Shown: positions 56,201 through 64,000 of the stretch, piece by piece
Layout of the letters: every line of letters begins with the position of its first letter
Numbering within the stretch: the first letter of the stretch is position 1
From: Lytechinus pictus
Lineage: Eukaryota
DNA length: 64,000 nucleotides
Assembly: GCF_037042905.1 (NCBI RefSeq)
Contig: NC_087249.1
Location: forward strand, 8,868,001-8,932,000
Direction: 5' to 3'
The notes under the pieces: generated by a model
Told to the model about the DNA's origin: nothing
Seen by the model: only the letters and a program-made list of their open reading frames with translations
Database searches by the model: none
Made by a program: the position numbers and the translations under genes

Positions 56201-59200
56201 CATTGACGCCCACTGGCGACAATGCATTGTTCTTGTTCCGTATTCCTATTCCGTCGTCTTCTTCTTCTTCTTCTTCTGCTTCTTCCACAAAATCCCATTT
56301 GTTTAACACATGGTGTTTGTTAGCTCTGCCCTGGCTCCGTCCCTCATCCAAATTCATCCAAACTTGGTAGACATGTTGTCCAGCATCCCTAGTTGTGCCC
56401 CTCGTCTTCCTTTTTTCAAAATCACTCATGCATGACCATCTAGGCGCCATTTTGTAAATTTCAAGTCCATTTGCATACCATTACTAATCTCGTCCTAACT
56501 CCCGCATCCTGCATTCTACAGACTTCTAACAAATTGCTATAGATAGTCAAGGAGTTGCCCCATCATTTGCGACGTATAACCTGACCTTCAAAATGCCATC
56601 TTCATGCCCTAAATTTAAATCCGAAATAGCCTTCCTTCAAAAACGTCATATTTATTGAAATGTAAAGTAAAAAAATCGTAAAATGGCCATAACTTTCTTG
56701 TTTTTATTCATTTCGAGCTCATATTTTCAGGAATTGATACTGGTACCATATTATACATAGGAATTAGTTTTCACGCATCACTGAATTTCCTTTACTGAAA
56801 TAGCGCCCTCTAAAGTTTCAAAAACGCTTATCTTTGAATGCTCCTCATTGCGTCATGCATGGCCAAACTCGTACCCTTTTTTAGATTTAGGGTGTTCAAG
56901 ATATGCCCTTTCATGCCATTTAGAAAAAAATATACCTTACCACTGACGAAATATCTGAAAAATGCTCCCGAAAATCAGCAAAATACGCAAAAATGCACTA
57001 TAATGCCAGCACAACTTCAACTTGCTCTTATTTCCTTATTATTGAAGCTTATACTTTCTAACTTGGCAGATATGAGTATTGATATATACTTTAACCGTTC
57101 GTTAACCTTTTGTGAAAGAAACTTACATAGAGCTCACGTCAGCTTAAAATTATTATGAAAAACTGTCATTTTTAATGTCTTTCTTTATATGGCATTTACT
57201 TCTGGTCTATTGCTTGCGCACAAATAAAAGTGGTATCAATGTCACCGCATTGGAATGCTCTATCCAGTGATACCAAATACGACATAGGTTACAACAGAAA
57301 ATTTCAAGATAAGCCAATCTGAATACATGGTATACTACTCACAATGCACACATTATCAATAATAGAATTGTATACAATGTCTATGGCATAACGTATTATG
57401 CATGCTCATCGTTCTGATACGTACTTTACACTGAGTTACGTTAATGAACTGTCAGGGAAACTTATATGCTTGTTCATATCACCCTCTCTGTGTCTTTATT
57501 TCTCTTCGTTGAACAAATTGCTATAGATAGTCAAAGAGTTGCCCCATCATTTGCGACGTATAACCTGACCTTCAAAATGCCATCTTCATGCCCTAAATTC
57601 AAATCCGAAATAGCCTTCCTTCAAAAACGTCATATTTATTGAAATGTAAAGTCAAAAAATCGTAAAATGGCCATAACTTTCTTGTTTTTATTCATTTCGA
57701 GCTCATATTTTCAGGAATTGATACTGGTACCATATCATACATAGGAATTAGTTTTCACGCATCACTGAATTTCCGTTACTGAAATAGCGCCCTCTAAAGT
57801 TTCAAAAACGCTTATCTTTGAATGCTCCTCATTGCGTCATGCATGGCCAAACCCGTACCCTTTTTTAGATTTAGGGTGTTCAAGATATGCCCTTTCATGC
57901 CATTTAGAAAAAAATATACCTTACCACTGACGAAATATCTGAAAAATGCTCCCGAAAATCAGCAAAATTCGCAAAAATGCACTATAATGCCAGCACAACT
58001 TGAACTTGCTCTTATTTCCTTATTATTGAAGTTTATCCTTTCTAACTTGGCAGATATGAGTATTGATATATACTTCAATCGTTCGTTAACCTTTTGTGAC
58101 AGAAACTGACATAGAGCTGACGTAAGCTCAAAATTATTGTGCAAAACTGTCATTTTTAATGTCTTTCTTTATATGGCATTTACTTCCGGTCTATTGCTTG
58201 CGCACAAATAAAAGTGGTATCAATGTCACCGCATTGGAATGCTCTATCCAGTGATACCAAATACGACATAGGTTACAACAGAAAATTTCAAGATAAGCCA
58301 ATCTGAACACATGGTATACTACTCACAATGCACACATTATCAACAACAGATTTGTACACAATGTCTATGGCATAACGTATTATGCATGCACATCGTTCTG
58401 CTATGTACTTTACACTGAGTTACGTTAATGAACTGTTCTCTCTCTTTTTTTTGAGCGGCCATATGGTCTAAAAATGGCCCAATGGACGAAATCCTTTTGA
58501 CTTGAGAATGTAACTTCCTATGGAGGGCAAAATGTACCAAAATCCGATTAACATGTAATTTTTGTTAGTCCTCCCCTGCCTCCGCTCCTCATCCAAATTC
58601 ATTCCGATTTGGTAGACATGTTATCCATGATGCATTATTGTGTACCTTATATTTCATTTTCTAAACTCATTCATGCATGACAGTGCATGCACCATTTTGA
58701 GTGAGTGACATCATCATCTCTCTCATTTGGATGTAACTGGCTCGTTCATATAACTCTTTTGTTAAAAATAAGCGAAACTTTGAAATGTCATAACTTTCTT
58801 ATTTTACATCCGATTTTGATGAATTTTTCAGCATTGTGCTTGTCTAATTTTTCCCTATTGATTCGAATCAACATTTTTATGAGGTGGACTTGACCTTTCA
58901 ATCAGACGCGTCAATGCATGCACATCGTTCTGAAACGATTGCAGTTCTAGTCTTCTTCTTCTTCTTCTTCTTCCACAAAATCCCATTTGTTTAACACATG
59001 GTTTTTGTTAGCTCTGCCCTGGCTCTGTCCCTCATCCAAATTCATCCAAACTTTGTAGACATGTTGTCCAGCATCCCTAGTTGTGCCCCTTGTCTTCCTT
59101 TTTCCAAAATCACTCATGCATGACCATCTAGGCGCAATTTTGTAAATTTCAAGTCCATTTGCATACCATTACTAATCTCGTCCTAACTCCCGCATGCTGC

Positions 59201-60522
59201 ATGCTACAAACTTCTAACAAATTGCTATAGATAGTCAAAGAGTTGCTCCATCATCTGCAACGCATAACCTGACCTTCAAAATGCCATCTTTATGCCCTAA
59301 ATTCAAATCCGAAATAGCCTTCCTTCAAAAACGTCACATTTATTGAAATGTAAAGTCAAAAAATCGTAAAATGGCCATAACTTTATTGTTTTTATTCATT
59401 TCGAGCTCATATTTTTAGGAATTGATACTGGTACCATATCATACTTACGACTTAGTTTTCACGCATCACTGAATTTCCGTTACTGAAATAGCGCCCTCTA
59501 AAGTTTCAAAAACGCTTATCTTTGAATGCTCCTCATTTCGTCATGCATGGCCAAACCCGTACCCTTTTTTAGATTTAGGGTGTTCAAGATATGCTCTTTC
59601 ATGCCATTTAGAAAAATATATACCTTACCGCTGACAAAATATCTGAAAAATGCTCCCGAAAATCAGCAAAATACGCAAAAATGCACTATAATGCCAGCAC
59701 AACTTCAACTTGCTCTTATTTCCTTATTATTGAAGCTTATCCTTTCTAACTTGGCAGATATGAGTATTGATATATACTTCAACCGTTCGTCAACCTTTTG
59801 TAACAGAAACTGACAAAAATCTGACGTCAGCTTAAAATTATTGTGCAAAACCTTCATTTTTAATGTTTTTCTTTATATGGCATTTACTTCCGGTCTATTG
59901 CTTGAGCACAAATAAAAGGGGTATCAATGTCACCGCATTTGAATGCTCTTTCCAGTGATACCAAATACGACATAGGTTACAACAGAAAATTTCAAGATAA
60001 GCCAATCTGAACACATGGTATACTACTCAGAATGCACACATTATCAACAACAGAATTGTACACAATGTCTATGGCATAACGTATTATGCATGCACATCGT
60101 TCTGCTATGTACTTTACACTGAGTTACGTTAATGAACTGTCAGGGAAATGTGTATGCTTATCCATATCATTCCGATTTGGTAGACATGTTGTCCATGATG
60201 CATTATTGGGTACCTCTTATTTCATTTTCTAAAATCATTCATGCATGACAGTGCATGCACCATTTTGAGTGAGTGACATCATCATCTCTCTCATTTGCAT
60301 GTAACTGGCTCGTTCATAATTAAAACTATTTTGTTAGAAATAAGCGAAACTTTGAAATGTCATAACTTTCTTATTTTAAATCCGATTTTGATGAAATTTT
60401 CAGCATTGCGCTTGTCTGATTTTTCCCTATTGATTCAAATCAACATTTTTCTGAGGTAGACTTGACCTTTCAATCAGACGCGTCAATGCATGCACATCGT
60501 TCTGAAACGATTGCAGTTCTAG

Positions 60523-60533
60523 TTCCCCTTTAA
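60523..60533. mobile_element. Last bases of the host MITE right TIR plus TTAA TSD
   Basis: GGTTTAA (5073-5079) + TTCCCCT|TTAA rebuilds an 18-bp end matching the reverse complement of TTAAAGGAAAATGAAACC in length, with 3 mismatches. Confidence 0.8.
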
Positions 60534-61270
60534 GTCTTGTTATGAGCTAAGTTATTATTACCAGCTACTACTGTGTTCCATTCATAATGTTTGCCAAATA
60601 TTTTACCTTTACCTTCACCCGAGATTCTGGAAGAGTGCTGATGATCCCAGCAGTCAGGCTTCCATCTCACTGTCTTCATGATTTCAGTTTACTTTTATTA
60701 ATATCCAAAATATACTGTACAGTATGTAAGACTACATGTACACTAAATACATGTAGGTCTACAGGCAGGCCTACACTGTGGTACAATATTGTAACAGATG
60801 GCACAAAATTAATAATTGAATTCTCCTATATTAAACTGTGATAAAAGCTATCAAATATCAATTTTACCACAAAGACAGAAGACACGAGTTATCATGTTTG
60901 TCAAAAAAATATCATTTAAATATCAGGGTATATATATATATATATATATCTATAGGTAAAACTATGCATGTGTTCAGCTGGCCTGAATTTATGCATCAGT
61001 TGTAAGTTACTTGAAAAATACTAGCCAACACAAAATTGACATTTGCTGTAAAACTGTTCAAAAATAAATTGTCATGTTTATCAAGGATTAATCTTGGCCT
61101 ACATGTATACCCAGTGTTATGCTAGTTTACAGAGGCTTTCAGTATACTAAAAGAAAAACTTATCATTGAACACAGAAAACAAAATCATTATGGAAAAAAG
61201 GAAAATGGATAATAGTTTTACTGTTGCATCTCTCAGTATTGTTATTGTTGTATTTCTGTAATGGGAACAT

Positions 61271-61351
61271 ACTTTTCATTCTTTCATACAGAAAGCCCTT
61301 CTTTGAAGTTTGAATATGAACACCATGGAAAAAATGCTTCTCTCTTGACTT
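61271..61351 (+). repeat. ~81-bp direct repeat, copy 2
   Basis: Matches 4328-4408. Confidence 0.85.
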
Positions 61352-64000
61352 ACAAGTCTGAATAATTGCTTGACTGTTGCGTCTCTCAGTATTGTTATTG
61401 TTGACTTTCTGTTATGGGATTTAATTGCCACATAAACAAGGGCAACAAAAACAATAATCACAACAACACTGGCCAATAATCTTTCAAGATGGAAGTGTAC
61501 AAGTATGTACTCACTTGAGAAAAAGCCGTCACAGGCCCTGGCTAATTGGCCATGTAAATGGTCTCTAAACAGTGGAACCACAACCTGAGGGAACAGCCAT
61601 TACTTGTCCCCATTGGTGAGGGTACATTAGCCTAATGAAGCAAGCAGCCTTCACCTACGCTGTACGCCCCAAAGAAATTTCTCCAGGGGTAATGTGTCTT
61701 CATTAATTTTTTTTCCTTGGTCTAGTTACTACAAGAAATGTGTCACATACAGTTTTGCAAAAGTCTCGTGTTCCAAAAGGCTTAAAGGGAATGTTCGCCC
61801 TGGTGACACATTGGATCTACGGAATGATACATGTTTTTATCACCATAAAAACATGAGAAAATATTGTTTACAAACATTTGATAAGCAGCATGCAGAGTAA
61901 ACATCATTGATCAAGTAGGGCTTTTTTTATCTGTCAATAATTTTGGCATAAGGTAGTTAGACCATGAACCTACATGTACATACACATGTAGCTACAGGTG
62001 GGGGCTGGGGGTCCTTGCCCTTCAAAAAAATTTCACAACCAAGAAAAAAAGAGAAAAGGGAAGGAAGGAAAGAGAGAAGGGTGATATATGATATCATTTT
62101 CTGAATATTACATCAAAATCTATCACAAAATGTTATATTTGTATTAAAAAATGTCAAAATTTATTTTGCTCACTCACTCGCAACTTTTTATTAACGTTGC
62201 CCAATAGGCCATATCTGGTTCCCTCAAAATTTTATAAGCCACTGTGCATATACTAGATAGTATGCCAGTGGCTAGATAATTGCCTCAATTAAACAAGAAT
62301 TGAGAGTAAGGGTTTAAATTGAATCAATAAATGTAAAAAAAAAAAAATTATTAACAATGTCAGTAAAGTTTTGAATTATGTAGGATCACAGTTTACATGT
62401 ATAACCAATTTCATTTCTTGTTTCCTGTCTTTCCAAAATTTTAGCATACAGGCCAAGTTAGACCACAACTCACAACTCCCTGGTTAGACCATGAACCTAA
62501 AAAGTGTCATGACAATGGCCAGATAATTGCCTAAGCCTTAATTACAATAATTCAGAGTTCAAGTTTGAACTAAATCAATTAATGCAAAAAAAATGACACT
62601 TTGTAAAAAAAAAGTCAGTTAAGTTTGAATTATGTAGTCATCACAATTTGTCGCCAATTTAGAATGCAAGTAACATCACATGTTCATTTTTCCTCTTGTT
62701 TACATATATTTGCCCCTTTTTTCTTGTCTATATGTATCTGCCCCTCCTACCCCCCCCCCCCCATAACAAAGAAATGTTACCATGCAGACTTTCATAGCCC
62801 CCATCAGACAGAGTATACAAATTTTAGTTGTTTTTTTTATATATATTCTGAGGTTTTCTAACATATACATGTATCTTCATTCTGATTGTAAGAAATGTGA
62901 TTTTTTTTTTAATTTCATCAGACAACCTGCCTCCAGGTTTCAGTTTCTCCTTCAAGCATTGGGGATATTTCCTTGCATGACCACAAAAGTAACTAAGTAG
63001 GGCAAGCACAAAAGAAATCTAATAGACTTCCCATGTGCAGCTCCTTGCACTCAGCGATCTTCTCAGATTCAATCAATAATTTTAAAGGTAGGCCTATACA
63101 TGTATATATAATATTTTTAACCTAGAGGTATATTTTTATTGGGTTAAATGTACCTACTCAGTCCTGTGTACTGCAAGTGATGAATAAAAACTATGCCCTC
63201 GAATTACTCTGTAAAAGAAAATAGTCACTTTTTCAGCCTCCAGTATTTTCTGTAATATAGGCCGTGTCAGACAAAATGCAGAGGGGACCTAAATTCATTT
63301 AATATTTTGGGCCTGCCCATATCAATTATTTTTTATGTAATTCCCCTAAAAATTCCAATCAAATCTGTTCAATGAGTTTTTAAAAAGGTTTTTATGTCAT
63401 TGTGTATACATGCCAATGATAAAAAAAATTTAAAGTTGATCCAAAGGTCAGAAGAGCCACTTTATTGATAAAATAATACAATACTGATGTGGATTTTTTT
63501 TTCCTTCTATTTTTTTTTATTTTGGGGCTGAACTAGCACTCTTACATGTACATGTATGAAGAAAAAGCCTAATACACGGAAAGGAAACGGTCAAATTTAC
63601 AGACAGGTGGCATTAATTAAAATATCTGGAATGATTTCTTCAAAATGTAACAGGCCTACAGGCCAACATGTAGCCTATCATTATAATATACATGTACATA
63701 TATATATCTATATACTGTGACTTGTGAAAAAAAGACTTTTACGTGTATAATTTTCTCACATATAATATATATACAATATATATATACCGACTTGTATCTG
63801 ATGCTTTTGATCTAGGCCAACTTGTGACTGATGATTCCATCAGTTTAGTGAAACAGCCAATGGACAAAGGTAACATTTATAAATCTAAAATAGAAAAGAA
63901 ATATACTCTACTTTTAACATTGTACATACTGAACCTGTATGTACATGCATGTAAATGTAAATTAACGCTATCAACTCAAGGCCAGATAAATGCATTTATA

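Larger units (their letters stand above)
5080..60522 (+). mobile_element. 55-kb nested/tandem array of a non-autonomous Helentron/Helitron2-like rolling-circle element (~27-29 bodies)
   Basis: 5' hairpin TGCATTGACGCC-CACT-GGCGACAATGCA; 3' subterminal inverted repeat GCGTCAATGCA, then hairpin ATCGTT-CTGA-AACGAT and terminal CTAG; no TSD; always inserted 5' of a T; no Rep/helicase ORF. Confidence 0.8.

Noticed and set aside
6036..59813. Repeated 95-aa ORF (MLLIASCMAK...) and ~62-aa ORFs as a tandem gene family
   Set aside because: No recognisable domain; variants appear freely non-synonymous and several copies have stops or frameshifts (e.g. ~9036, 14396, 40600, 53468); conservation reflects recent repeat copying
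5080..60522. rDNA, histone or snRNA tandem gene cluster
   Set aside because: No recognisable RNA-gene or histone sequence; the unit ends match rolling-circle element structure

Overview
Animal genomic DNA, probably a marine invertebrate such as an echinoderm (inferred from abundant TACATGTA/AGGCCTA motifs and the MITE types). No intact host gene is recognisable. The window is dominated by a 55.4-kb array (5080-60522) of a ~1.6-1.85-kb non-coding element with Helentron/Helitron2-like ends. The 5' end is TTGCATTGACGCC (hairpin) followed by a (TTC)n tract; the 3' end has the inverted GCGTCAATGCA, a hairpin and CTAG. The array sits, with no target-site duplication, inside the right TIR of a TTAA-flanked MITE. 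It is not a simple tandem repeat. I count 26 left ends, stacked in clusters, and 27 right ends, arranged almost exactly like balanced brackets. This implies the element repeatedly inserted into its own (TTC)n tract and that nested composites were then copied as blocks. One right end is split by a 5.7-kb PIF/Harbinger-like TIR element carrying its own nested MITEs and decayed exons. The flanks hold an ACC/ATC minisatellite, a 5'-truncated LINE RT and small repeats. Counts and alignments were done by eye.
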